DNA of 64,000 nt from Psammoneis japonica (lineage: Eukaryota), in NCBI GenBank assembly GCA_008632985.1, contig QPGO01000053.1:124001-188000 (forward strand), in the 5' to 3' direction. The notes beneath the pieces were generated by a model, which worked only from the letters and a program-made list of their open reading frames with translations, did not search any database and was not told the DNA's origin. Of this stretch, positions 21,238 through 34,640 are shown in pieces. A program made the translations under genes and the position numbers. Numbering within the stretch: position 1 is the stretch's first letter; every line of letters begins with the position of its first letter.

Positions 21238-24200
21238 CTAAACCCGGTAGCTACGCTGAGTTTCCGCTATTTCTTCGGCAATCGCCTCTGCTTCTTCGCC
21301 AATTGTCTTGAGGGGAAGTAGTTTGTCGTTGCCGAAGCCTGCAAGGTACAACCCGTTGAGTCGATCTTGCCTCGACACCACGCATTCTTTTTTGTACCCC
21401 GTAGCGAGAATGACCATGTCAATAGCCACGGGCGTCCCTCCGGTACCGGCACCATCTTGAAACACCAACTTCTTATCATTACCAACATGAAGAACAGGTC
21501 CATGACCAACCATTTTGCCAGATCGTAGCGCAGACGCGACTTGTCCGTACTTGTCAATGACTGGGACCCGTCCCGCGACTTTGGACCATCGTGGAAGGTG
21601 AACCGGAAAGGCTGCGTCGCAAGCGGCGCTATCCTTGAGACCCCACCACAAGAGCCGAATTGTTGATTCCTGTAGAATATTCGGCATCCAACGAACAAAG
21701 TATCCCAACGTGTCGACTCGAAAGAATCCTCGTCGGCGTGGGAATACAGGAGGTACAGTTCGTGCAGCTACATGAATTCTGGCTGCTTGATTTGATTCTT
21801 CATTCGCCATTGGCGACGCTGCGCCCTGTAGAATAGCAGTACAGAGATCTGCGGCCGAGTTTCCAAAGCCAACGACACACAGCTTGCCGTCACGAGCCGC
21901 ATCAATTGCTCCCTTCCAGGTATCTTCGTTTTTCAGATCCGTACTATGAAGTACCCGAATGCCCTCTTTTGTCAGACGGGCACTAAGCTGGTCACTTGTA
22001 TCGCGTTGAGGAACACGATGCTTTCCTGTGGAGACAATTACTGCCGATGCTCGAAAGGTTTCGTCAGTTCCTTCACACTTCACCACCCATGGAGCGCAAC
22101 TGTCGCCCTTGACCACATCCTTCACTCGGTATCCACGTTTGATTTGGATCCCAAATCTATCTGTATACATTTGCAAGTAGCGCTTGTAGTCGTTTGCTCC
22201 AACATTTTCGCCCGGAAACTCACTGTCGTTCATGGCGTACCCTGGAAGATTGCACCAGCGCTTTTGTGTCGTCACCTCCAAACCTGAAAAGTGCTGATCC
22301 CAAGAGCCAAATGCATCAGGTTCGGTCTGCTCTTCCAACACAAAGCATGATACACCTCGGCGACGTAACGATGCTGCCGCTGCGAGCCCCGAAGGACCAG
22401 CTCCAACGATTATAACTGGAGGAGTCGCAGCACTGGCGGTAGACGCGGTAACAGCGTTAACCGACGCTGAATGAATCGGTTCCACTGGCGGGACACTAAA
22501 TCCTAATGACTTGGCATCCTCCAACCAGCTGTCCATAGTGTTCGGATCAACGGGACCAGTCTCGTCCATTAGATAATGTCTATCTCTGCCGACTCGCTGC
22601 TTGATTCGGTGAGCAGCAACAACACCCGCAGCATGGCAAGCAAATATCTCATGGCGTTTAAGTTTGTTGCAAAAAACACGAGGTTGATCCAAGCGCGTAA
22701 GATCCATATGAAGTGTTCCGGCCTCAATCACTCGAACGTCCTTGCGGCTCTGCAACGGGTGTGGGACAGAAAAGACAATGGCAACTCCTCCCTGTGGCAT
22801 CGTATCAGCTACGGCCATGTCGTGCTTTCCAACAATCCACAATGGGCTGAACGCTGTTCCCTCCGTCAAAGTCGATGCGGGCTGAAAACCTTTCTCTTTG
22901 AAGAAATCGCGGCGCCCCTGATCTGTACTATGACAGAGTACTTCGTAACCATACCGATCTCGCAACGCTTGTGCCACCGCCCAACCGACCTTTGAACTTG
23001 CTCCTGGATCAAGAACGAAACGAAAAGGGCGGCACATTGAGTCTTTGTGAACCAAGCGTTAATAGCTTTCCGAGTACCTGGTATTGCACCTACTCACCGG
23101 TTAGAAAAACACGGGCTTTCTCTCCAAAGCACTGATGAGTGGTCTCAACCACGGCAGCAGCAGTTAGGTGGTTTCCGTGGATAATGGATACTCGGCGCTT
23201 CGGTCCAAGCGCTCTGACCACACCGGAACCTCCACCGTTAATACTTTCAGCTTTATTCAATGCACCCAGGCATAGAACCTTTACCCCCGTATCGTTCGCG
23301 TGCCTTGCCGCTGCCTCAATGTTGCTCCTCACCGCTCGCGGTGAAGTCACAAAGTGTCGACCGAAATGGGCTGCAACCCACGTCTGCATATCAACACCAG
23401 TGTAGTTCACGTCATCACTGACAAAAAAGGAGCCACTGTCTCCCCACAGCTTCTGGCGCCACATACAGGTGTAGTAACCCACAACGTAGTGTAGCGGCCA
23501 CAGCGGCACGGTCCACCAAGGTCTCTGCCACCTCTCTCGCAACGAGTACGGCAGGAGCCACAACGCCCAGCAGTCACTCAAGTAAAGCGGATGGCCGAGA
23601 AACACGATATCTGCAACCTTGTCATCGCTCTTTCGAAGAGGAGCACTCTTTTCACTCCTTTTAGTTGCCGCAGTAGCAAAACCCCACAAGACGGATACTG
23701 CCGCACCAACCAAGGCTGTCAGGTCATCGTCTGTATTGACCATCCACCTGGCAAGCAGCAACTTCATGCATATCTCCGTGCCTCTCATTGCAAGCCATAG
23801 TACCTTTGCTCCTCTCCATTTTGTCGCCTGCAAGAACGACTTTGTCGTAACTCCGGCACCAACCACGAAAGAAAGGACTCTCACAAAAGGTCCCACATTG
23901 GCGACTGAGACACCGATCACCATTATCGAAACATCCACGGCGTTCGTCATCGATCGTTTTCTTCCAAGTGCATGCACGGGTGACCTCTGACGGTAATCAG
24001 ATGGAAACACAAGCGTGGTCGCCGCATACAAAAGACTTCCGAGCAGCCAAGCATATGTCACAGACACCCATGGATCGCTGTTCATCAAATTTGTAGTGGC
24101 TGCTTTGACATCCAATGTCATAATCCGAAGGGGCACGTCGCCAAGTCCTATAATGTAAACCGTAGCAAGAATTGCGAGAGCTGTTTCGATGCGAACGGCA

Positions 24201-25189
24201 GTGTCGACACCACTGGAGGCTGCACCCTGTTGACCCTTTAGTGCTCCTGGAACTCGCCCCGGTCGAAGCAACCGCCTAACCTGAAATGTCTCGGAATCAC
24301 TGTCGTCTTCGAAAGCAGACCCCCCATCAGTTTCGGAAGCAGAATCGTCGTCACTGGTTTCACACATCGTCAAGTGCGTCGGTACTTCTTTCCCGCACTT
24401 TAAAGTAAGAGAGCGCCATGCCTGTACCATGAGTGTTGCTGTACTGCATCGAAACAGCTGGTTCATGGCAGCATGCAAAACCCAAACAGCAAAAAGAGTA
24501 CGAAGCATTGGTAAGATCCTTGTGGTCATCCCAGCCGCGATCAATGGAGAAGCCGTCATGTCCTTGACAATCATCATGTGTATCCAAGTGTCGACGGCCT
24601 GCAGAGCAAGCCTCGAGACTGTCACAGTTTTCTCGGTAGTGCTGTGTAGATAGAAATTATCAATTACTTGTCTCATGATACCAAACGTTGATGAACATCG
24701 CTGCAAAGCATCTTTACGAATTCCACGACTCTTGATTGTGTGATACACCAACGAGTAAAGGACCAGGTATTGTGTGTATCTCGATACAAGTGGGAGGCAC
24801 AGAAACATGGAAAGACTCTCCCGACACCAGTATGCCGATAAAGTTCCAGCAATAGCCCAATGTTGATTGGTCTTGAGGAGAGCAATGCCGTACTGTCGAT
24901 CCAAACGTTGGCAAAAAGGATTTGCTAGCACGTTTGAATGCTGAAGATATACCCAGTACTCATGAGCCAGTAGGCAAACCGCCCACAATACTACTGTTTC
25001 TGTCCTGCTATTTTCATCGTCATGTGTGCCTTTGTTATGATGAATCACCCATATCGTTCCAAAATGCACCACCATGCCGTACATCACGGTGTTCAGTGCA
25101 CGAACGACAGGATCCACGTAGCCAACAGGTGAGGCTGGTGATTTCAGCACATCATTTTCTTGCATCTGCACCTTGCTCTGGCACATCAT
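21238..25189 (-). CDS. Multi-TM + CER1/CER3 (WAX2) C-terminal domain + flavin-containing monooxygenase fusion; intron 23004-23097
   Basis: WAX2-type motifs VFLGHP, GVKVLCLGALNKAESINGGG, HGNHLTAAAV, VFLTG|ASSKVG (joined by the intron) and FACHAAG; then FMO motifs IIVGAGPSGL, VVGFGNSAAD and ILATGY. Confidence 0.85.
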
Positions 25190-25405
25190 TTTCTATCTTA
25201 TCGTTGCTTTAATGGCCGTTGTTTCACCAACGAGTGATGAACATTGGAAGAAACAATAAAAAGTGATTCATTCCTCGATTATCCCATTCAATGAATGATG
25301 TGTCATGTTGTTGTGTTTGCCTCAATGCCGACGCGAAAACGCCAATGACGTCATAGCGTGAATGACGTCAAGCAAAGCACAGGGCCCTGCATAAAATAAA
25401 AAAGA

Positions 25406-25454
25406 CTCTCTCTCCTCCTCCTCCTCCTCCTCCTCCTCCTCCTCTCTCTCTCTC
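25406..25454. repeat. (CT)n/(CCT)n microsatellite
   Basis: Directly visible. Confidence 0.95.
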
Positions 25455-25489
25455 AGAGAGTGCTCGAGAAGAAGCCTCCAGTAGAGAAG

Positions 25490-28400
25490 AGAGAGGATGT
25501 CCCTGCCTGCAATGCATCAAATGCTCGCCTTGGGCCTTGGGTTCGTCGCTGGCTTTGGAATCAAAGTTCCCTCCATCACTCTGCCTGAAGAACGCAAAAC
25601 CACAATGAGAAAACAAATGACAAGCTGAAACGAATGCCGCCGAAAGAGCGGGCAGTGCAAAGGCTCTTTCCAGCTCAACAAAAAATGTCCCAGTTGGGGA
25701 AAAATTTTTTGAGTTGTTCCTCTGCCTCTCTCTGCAGTGGATGATGGAGATGTGCTGACGAGGGGATGTGGTTGGTTGCCAAGAGAGGGAAACATCATCC
25801 TGCCCCCCCCCCCCCACGCTGCTCACCCACAAAGGCCAAAGCACCTTTCAAAGCTGAAAAAACCTGGGACAAATCAGCAAACAACTGGCAACTCTGGGGT
25901 GACAGACTTGCACTTGTCTGTCATTCCAAGCAGTTTTGGCAGGGTCTGCAGCTGCCCAAGTGGCTCAAACAATGCCTTTGTTGAAGGCTCGACAGCACTG
26001 CCAAAAGTGTCAAGCAATCACCCACAGGACATGTTGGCAGAAGCTTCTTCAACTTCTCTCCATCACTGCTAACAACCTTTTGTGAACAGAAGCAAGTTGT
26101 GGGATGTTTTGTGTGTGTGCAACACTGCTGCTCACAACAAGCAACACAAATTTTTTAATCTGTTGCACAGAAAATTGTGCTTCAATGACAGTGTGCTGTG
26201 CACTTTGCAGCTGTCTTCTTGATGCCTGGGGTCTTCAAGGCATGTCAAGAACAATTTGCCTCTTGGGGGGTTGCTTCAACAATGGTGTGCATGCACAAAA
26301 GAAAAAATGAGTTTGTCTCAAAAATGTGTGGCCAACCCACTTGCGCTCTTCTTGTCAACAAGTTTTTGGGGCTGTTTCATGCTGACAGTCATTCTTGCAT
26401 TGCTCTGTTCTGGCCATCAAGCACTTGTGTGTGATTTCTGTGCCACCCTGCACAATTCACCATGCACCTGGCAAAACAGGGCAAGCTCTCTCTCTCTCTC
26501 TTGCTGACCTCTGAGGCAACCCTTGCTGATGGTTGCACTGCAAGAAGGGCTGCACTGTTGCTTGTGTGCCATGCCTGTTGTGCGAATGTCAGAGTGCAAG
26601 AACACCAAATGTGGTGGACTCATCTCTTTCCTGTGCCAAGCCCATCAACAGATGTGTGGAATGAAGAAGCGCTGCTTTTGTTTCTTTTTGGTTCTCTCAG
26701 CAGCATCACAAAGGATGAGTGTGGCAATGGCAGTGACACCACAGAAATCGTGGCCCTGTCTTGCTGGTGCAGGCTTTTTCAGGTCAACAAGTCGGTGCAA
26801 AAGATCACATGAGAGATTTGTTGCACAATGTGCAGATGTTTTCACAGCCACAAGCTGAGCAACTCTGGTCAACAAGAGTGCGAGTGTGGCACTTGCACAA
26901 GGTGGCTCAAAAATGTCTTTCAAGTGAGCCAACCTGTCAAAAACCAAGTGCTTTGTTTGTTCCTTTTTAGCAGGGGATCCCATGTGTGCCATTGTGCATC
27001 CTGATCTGACTCTGGCAGTGCTGGCAAGTGATCCCACAATGAGGTGCAAATTTGACCATTCCACACAAAAGGCAATTTGGGCATTGGATTTCTAACCTGT
27101 TCATTCTAAGGCATTTGTTCAAAAGTGCCTCAGCTGGCACATCATGAACTGCACAAAATTGCAGACAATTCTGAAAGCAACAGTTGTGCCCACCAAAGAA
27201 AAAAATGTTGGAACATCTGGGTCAGAGGTGGTTTTTGCATGGCAGATGGACAATGTTGCAGTGGAAGATCATGCACTCGCTGGTGATTGTGGACAATGTG
27301 GTGAATTTGTGTTTGCAACTTGGTTTGAGTTGCGAGTCCAGTGCTCACTTTTTGGTGTCTGCACCTGGTTGACATGGCAACAGTGTTTGGCATCAGCATC
27401 AGCCATGAGTTTGCAAGCCACATTGTGAGAGTTTGGGGTCAGCGAGACTGGACAGCCCACACACTGGTCGGCAAGCTGCAGCACAGAAGCTGAAAAGTCA
27501 CAGTGCGTTGCTCAAAGGTGTGGTGTCATCAAAAGGCTGGGAAGTCAACAGGAGTCCACAAAGAAAAAGGCCAGAAAGTCCGTGGGAATCCAAAGGAGGT
27601 GCACCTCACATTGGTGGACTGCAGCAAACAAGCCAGCTTGATGAGGGCTGCAAAGATGTGATCTCTGAAAGGGGGCCTTTCTGTTGAAGAAGCTGTCAAG
27701 GGTCTGTTGAAAGAGGGTGTGGGGCAAGGTTGCATCAGGGTTGGCAAGACAGAGTGTGCAGCTGTTGGCAAGCCATGAAGCTCCAACACAAGTCCCAGAA
27801 AATGTGGGCAAGGACACAGCTGAGTGCAGAAACATGAAGACAGTGTGTGTGTGACACCATTGCTGAGTCAGGATGACACATGCAGATGGTGCATTGCATT
27901 GAAACCACAAGGAAGATCAGCAAGCATGTTGAAAGAATGCAGGTGCCAGCATCTCAGAGGCAGGAGAGCATGCCAAGAGATCAGACTGCAGCCTGTTGGG
28001 AGACGCCACATCAGAGAAGGACGAGGCAATCTGGGGCAAGCAACGTGACCACTGTGCAAAACAGATCAAGCTCAATGAGAAGCAAGCAGCGCTGATGGCA
28101 TGACTGGCTGGTCACCATGAAACACACACCCAATCATGTGGTGAAACATGTCTGCCACTGGTGCAGGCCCTGCCAACAGCAATCATTTGGTGCCAAAATT
28201 TGGGTTGTGGGATTGAACTGTGTGTCAAAAAATGGATTTGAACATTTGTCCAGTGAGGCCACCTTGTTGGGCAAAATTGCATGTAAATGCACACATTTGT
28301 GCAAATGGGTGCATGCAACTTGTGCAGAATGTGCCAGCCTTGGGTTCTTAGAAATGCTCTGCCATTTTTCTGCACCCCCCTCACAAAAAACCCATGCACT

Positions 28401-29810
28401 GTCTTGCACAACAGTGCAAAATGCACTGTGAAGATTGCGCTGTTGCTTGTGTGCAATGCTTGCTCTTTTGTGCAAATGCCAGAATGCAAGGAGACGCCAA
28501 CAAAGGGGGGGCAGCCATGGGCTCCTGAACTGGCCAGTCAAGAACCATTTGCCTTTGATCCCATGCAGCATGCCATGTGCCCACACCCTTGTCCAACTCT
28601 GCTCCAGCACATGCAATCTCAAGGTGGGATGCAAGTTGACACTTTTGCACAAAGAGCACTTTGGGGCTGCTCTGAACACACACAAAGCAAACTTCATGTG
28701 AGTGCTTTGTGCACACTGGATTTTTTGGCGTGTGTTCATTCTCAGGCATTTTTTGTCCAAAGCTCCAACAGGTGGCACATTGTGAACAGAACAAGAAAAG
28801 CACTGCAAATGTGTGTGTCCATTCTAAAAACAGTGCGTGTGTGTGTCCACTCTAAAAACAGTGCTTGTGCCCACAAAAAAGAGAGAGTGACCACATGCAA
28901 GAAGCAGGGAACAAGTGTTGGCTCTGAGCCCTCCCTCCAGCTCTGCACAGGTGTCTGAAAAGAGCCTGAGCAACTGGCAGAAGAAAAAGTTTTTTGCACC
29001 AAGGCACCCAACAGAGGAGAGAAGGTGTGGCCTTGAAGTGTGCAAATGCGCAAATGTCATGCACCTCCAAACTGCATGTTGAAGCAAGTGCGCACAAAAA
29101 CCCAACCTGACCTGCAACTGTGAGAATCATGCTCAATGTTGCAGCAGGTGTGATGGCCAAGCTAAAGCCAAACAACAGAGCCACAGCTTGCTTTGAACTC
29201 TCCCCTTTTCCTTGCCTGCAATGTGGTGCAAGAGCAAGCAGAAATCAAAAATGCAAAAACAAACTGGCTGATTGGCAGCAAAAGCAATGAAAAATGTGAG
29301 CCAGTGACAACAAAAATGCAAAGCTTTTTGCTGCTTTGGCTTGCAATGCATGTTCCAGAAAATGCACACTGCGCTTGCCAACAAGCACAACGAAGCCAAA
29401 GCACTTGTGAGCAGCCAGCAGCGGCTGTTGCAGAGAAGCACCAAAACAGCTTCGTTGCCTCACTTTGTGGAAAGAGCTCATAAGAGCTTTGGCCTGCTGG
29501 CACCTTTTGTGCAAAATGTGCATGCCATGGCTGTTGCAAAAACATGTTCACGTGCTCTGGTGCAAAACAGAGCCCTCCCAATGTCCAAACTTGCCAAGTC
29601 CGCAGAACACCCCAGCATGCTTTTGCACGAAGAAAAGATCTTCCTCAGAAAGGTCTTTCCCTTTTCCCTCCTCTGCACACTGCCAAGACTCCCATGCGAT
29701 GTTGGGCACTCTCATCAGACTGACAATCCAGCCAGGGTGCTGTTGCACAACATCGCCACAGCAGCTGGGGTCCGGGTAGGTGGCAAGACGAAACAGGCAG
29801 AAAGTCACAG
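25490..29810. mobile_element. Heavily degenerated repeat/transposon relic of unknown family
   Basis: About 4.3 kb with only ~11 TA dinucleotides by eye, few CG, and excess CA/TG. No coherent ORF. Same composition as the identified transposons at 1-12 kb. Confidence 0.6.
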
Positions 29811-29811
29811 A

Positions 29812-29834
29812 TGTGTGTGTGTGTGTGTGTGTGT
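29812..29834. repeat. (TG)n microsatellite
   Basis: Directly visible. Confidence 0.95.
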
Positions 29835-29880
29835 CACAATTCGGACATTTTTTATTTAACAAATGTGTAACATTTAACTA

Positions 29881-29983
29881 GAAAGCCATTAAATGGACAA
29901 CAACATTTATGTTGAAAGCTGTTAAATGGATTGCAACATTTGACATGTACAAAGCTGTTGAATGGACGACAACATTTATGTTT
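29881..29983. repeat. Three imperfect ~33-37-bp tandem units (aaagctgttaaatggacaacaacatttatgtt)
   Basis: Units start at ~29881, 29914 and 29951. Confidence 0.8.
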
Positions 29984-30156
29984 GGTTCTTGCATAAGAAG
30001 ATGAAGAAACACAATCACTCCCGATGCGAACCGTCGTTAGTAACCGCGAACCATGTTCATGTCAACAATAAAACATGCTGTCATTTCACATTGCCCCGAG
30101 AATTGAAAACTCGCTCATAAAACCCAAGAACATTAAAAACAAATTCTCGTTTTACC

Positions 30157-32658
30157 ATGAAACTATTTTACAACGGAGGATTCCTCCTCTTGACTTCTTT
30201 GCTCTGCAAGGCGACAGGTGCGTTAGGTCTGTAATCTTTGGGCGACTCTGCCCCAACTGTGTGCCAGCTTTGACTCTCATTTTCTGTCGTTTTGTGATTG
30301 CCCTTGGTGTCAGGCATTCCATCCGACTCGGCAGATGTAAGTTTCGCTGAACTCCACGCCATTTAAGCTTGTGTTTTCCGCAATTATGTCGCCTGACATT
30401 AATCATGTTGTTAATTGACGACTGCATGCACAGCCTGCACCTGTTGAAGTTGTGGATGAAGCTAAAGACCCGAACGAGAGAAGCCTTGGTTCGGGAGGGG
30501 TACGTTTCGTTGCAAACAACCTCTCATGCGTTTTTCACTAATGGGTCTCACCTTGTCAATCTCTCTGCTGTGTATGAATCACAACGCTTGAAAAGATGCC
30601 CGGCCAATGTTGCTACGAAGGCGACGAGACGTGCCACCTCATTACGAAGTATGGTTGCGAGCACACCGGAGGAACTTTCAAGGGGGGCGACACGTGTCAC
30701 TGGAAAACTTGCCGCGCGGGTGCGTGTTGCTTTCCAGATGAAGAGCGGTGTGTTGTGCTCCAACCCAAGGTGTGCTCCAACCAGGGAGGTAACTTCAAAG
30801 GACACGGCACCACCTGCGAAAGGAAAAACTGTCCGGAAGCTTATGGTGCCTGCTGTCAACGTAACGGAGAATGCAAGATTCGTAGAAAGAAGAACTGCGA
30901 TGGTGAGTAGCGAATTAATGGATTGTTGTTTTCATTGGCTTTTGACAAAACTCGACAATGTCTAACTACGTTTGCGTTCGTACAGGCGACTACAAGGGGC
31001 CGAAAACACTATGTCGCTCAGACACGTGTGATCCAATTGTTCCACCTCTAGGAGGCTGTTGCTTGCAAGAGGCTGGTACGTGCGAGAACCACGCGACGGA
31101 AGTGTGGTGCAAGGCGAGCGGAGGCACCTACCTTGGAGACGGTTCCACGTGCAATGCGGATAACTGTGAACTTAATGGTGCCTGCTGCCTCGCTGGCGGC
31201 GGCTGCGAAGAGCTCAAGCAGTGGCGGTGCGACTGGATAGGAGGAACTTTCGTGGGTTTCGGAGAAAATTGCTCCCCCCCTGGAACCCGCCCAGACATCT
31301 GTGATTTCATTGGTGTCGACCGTGGAGCTTGCTGCTATGGCGACGGGGAATGCGTCAACGGCACCCCGGAGTCATACTGCAAGTACGAACTGAGCGGTGT
31401 CTTTCAAGGAAAAGATACCCTGTGTAAAGATGTCGACTGCAGCCCCACAGTTGATGAGACGGGAGCGTGCTGCGTCAGCGGGGAGTGTGTTGACAACGTC
31501 AAAAAAGACACCTGTGAAGGTCTTCTTTACGGCGTCTTTCAAGGAAAAGATAGCAAATGCAAGTATGTCGACTGCTCTCCTAAGCCTGGAGCATGCTGCA
31601 TCCGCGAACATTGTCTTGAACCCCTCAAGAAGGACATTTGCGAAGGTATCGCCGGCGGCATCTTTCAAGGCGAGAATAGCAAGTGCAGAAATGTCGACTG
31701 CGCAGGCACCCCTGTGACGGGGGCCTGCTGCAATCTTGAAGCAGGAGAGTGCACGATTCTCGAGAAGAAATTCTGCTACAAACCGGGTGACGTCTATCTT
31801 GGAGACAACACCGTTTGTAACCAGAGTACTTGTCCGCTCCGTGGCGCTTGTTGCGGGCCCGCGATCCAAGAACCTATCTGTAATCGCCGCGGGTGCCACG
31901 GTGGTGGACCAGTGTGCAAAGAGATATCGAAGAAGTCGTGCGAAGGAGAGTTCAAGGGATTTGGTCAAAAGTGCGACGGCAAGTACGGCAACGACATCTG
32001 TTTCGAAGACGTTCCAACCAGTGCCTGCTGCCTCCAGGAAAGGGACGAGTGCATCGACACCACAGAGGACGTGTGTAAATTGTTGGACGGCGAGTTTTGG
32101 CACGATTCCAGCATTATATGTGACAGTGGAAAGTGCCCACCAATCGTTGTGGAGCCCCCCGAGTTTCCATGCTGCTTGCCCCGAAGTTGTGATTATCTTA
32201 CCGAGACTCACTGCCAGGAAGCAGGAGGCACTACCAAGAGCAAGTGTTCCGAATGCCCGGCACCAACTGGAGCCTGCTGTTCTTCCATTTTTGGACATAG
32301 ATTGAATTACTGCCGCGAGATTACAGCTTCCGAATGCCAAGGCAAGGGCGGTACATTCAGAGGCGATTTCACCAAGTGCGATACCGATGGTATATGCGAG
32401 GGCGCGTGTTGCTACAAAGAGCACGGGTTCTATGACTTCTGCGACGAAGTCTCCGAGGCGAAGTGCGACTCTTATGATGAAAGCCACTTCTTTGGTGTCG
32501 GCACTGAATGTGACAAATTGACTTGCATTAACCATGATCCACTAGTCAATTGCTGCTCACCCTCTCGTAAACATTGCGGAAAACTCCTTAAGAAGTCCGA
32601 GTGTATTAAGAATGGAGGCGAGGTTGTCTCTGATTGTGCTCTCTGCAAGCCACACTAG
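30157..32658 (+). CDS. Secreted Cys-rich protein with ~14 GACC...C...C...GGxFxG...C repeats; about 5 exons
   Basis: Signal-like MKLFYNGGFLLLTSLLCKATG at 30157, then short exons bounded by GT-AG, ORF 30596-30902, an intron (~30903-30985) and the long final exon. Confidence 0.75.
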
Positions 32659-33745
32659 AGGAAAAGCATGCAAAGAGACCGTGTCGGAGTTCGTGATGGC
32701 GTGCAGAGTATATATTTCGGTGGGTAGGTAGGTTCCATAGTAGTGACACGTAGCAAAGGCCCTGAAGGAGTTCATGAATACACGCTTCAGGCAGGTGGGT
32801 AGGTGGTGTATGGCCGCGCATCATGCTTGAGTTCATGTTATTGGTTCCCTTCCCAAGCCATGTGGTAGAAGGCGTGACTTTTGGAAGGCATCAGTTTGTA
32901 ACGTATTGATTAGAAAACATTCGCGTGTATTCCTTTTCCGCTTGTAGATCAAAAGTGCACATTGCAGTAGATCGTCGTAGTTTGTTTCGGTCAAGTTTCT
33001 TCCCCTCCTTTCGTTGGGTATGTCAAGAGGTATAATGAGATCGTCCAAAAGGGGGTGGAACACACTCATCTTGCGGAGGCAACACGGTTTAGAAATTATT
33101 CCAACCAGCCAGTCCTGTTGCCTGTCTCAAAGAAAGAAAACAACAACTGAACCGACAGAACAGCGGACGTGTGTGAACGGCTAGTGTTCGGGCGACACCA
33201 GAGTCCACCAATCGCAGCCCCTCGAGTTCTCTTCCTCCTAGTCTGGCGGTTGCGTCTCGCTTACCGAGACTCTAAGCAAAGAAGCAGGAGGTATTTTACT
33301 TGCTTAAGTCCTCTCAACACCCGATAACAACACTTTTGTCGTGAACGTGCAAGGGTGGTGCATTCACGAGACGATTACACCAGGTCTGACCTTTTCGGCA
33401 TTGGCGCCGGAGAGTGTGTTACCGAGAAACAGAAATCAACGTTAAGCCTTGTGCCACAACAAGTCACGGAGACCTTTGGTGTACCGGTAGTCCAGGAGAC
33501 CCAAGTAGAAGACAAAGAGAATCCATCGCATTTCGCAAATACGTTCGGTAGGATTGTACCGGTACTGCGAATACCGCTTGGAGTAATTTTTCCCCGGTCA
33601 AGTTAAATAGCCACGGCGACGGGGAGGTGGTGTGGTTTGTAGGGAGGCTTTAGCCTGAGTACAGTAGACCGCGGTGAAAGGTAAATCTTCATTCGTCGTT
33701 TGCCTGCGACCTCAACAACGCCGAACATAGATGCACCTTCAGCCA

Positions 33746-34640
33746 CTACTTGTTATTGTCGACGTCGGATTTTCTCAACAATAGGTCGTCTAGATCGTCG
33801 TATTTTGGTCGATCTGTAAAGGTGCCAATTAATCTGGGAGCTTCTTGGCTTGTTTCATAGGGCATGGGTTCCAAAAAGACAGCCCATTCGTGTGGATATG
33901 CCTTGAGCAAGCTCATCTTTCTACCTCGAACGACAAACTGATCCAGCGCATATGTAACTTCATAGCGGTTCAGAATCTGTTTCTCTCCCTTGGCAGCGCC
34001 AAAGAAACCCCAGCTGCTCTTATCTCTCCAGGTTGCATTCACGAGCAAAAAGAGCCTTTTTGCTTTCCCGGGGGTGTCACTGAAAGCTTCTTCGATGGAC
34101 TGAATGGTCTTCATGTAATAGTCGTCGGTGTTTGGTTGAAGCATGGCTTGTATGTCGTATCGAGGACCAGCGGGATGTTGAGCAGAAAGTAAAGAGCTCC
34201 CGTCAAAGTCAAGCAAGACCTGCTCTTCCACCTTGGCAACCACCCACCCGACGACGGTGGTTCGCAGAGAGATATTTCTTGCAAAACACTTGTGGCGAGC
34301 GGTTGCAGAAATCGGTACGTTTCTTGTTGTCCGCCCTGCCATCCAATAGCCCGGTCAGCGACAAATCCCTCCTCCTTTTTGCTGTACATGCTTTCGCTTA
34401 GCGGTAGTTTCACTTGTTGTCTATGAATCCATTGCAAAAGGCTGTATGGATTGCTAAGGATGCTTGCTTAACTACAGCTTTTTCAGTAAGCGGCATGTCA
34501 ATGGCTGAAGACAGCGCATTCACCGCTTGTGACTGCATGACACAGCACAAAGCACCAGAAAACGACGGCGAAGCGTTATGCTCGACCGCAAGGCTACGAT
34601 TTTCGAATAGGCCTTTAAACGCTTCATTGGATGATGGCAA
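33746..34640 (-). CDS. DUF1995-like (probable plastid) protein; apparent frameshifts near 34425 and 34245
   Basis: Consecutive ORF pieces 34410-34640, 34111-34437 and 33746-34342; motifs LLVNATW..WGFF, YEVTYAL, LLKAYPHEWAVF and F..RP.Y. Confidence 0.6.

Noticed and set aside
25490..29810. Cys/His-rich ORFs as metal-binding or selenoproteins, or an alternative genetic code
   Set aside because: The composition follows from CA/TG excess, and neighbouring genes use the standard code with normal Tyr and TAA/TAG stops.
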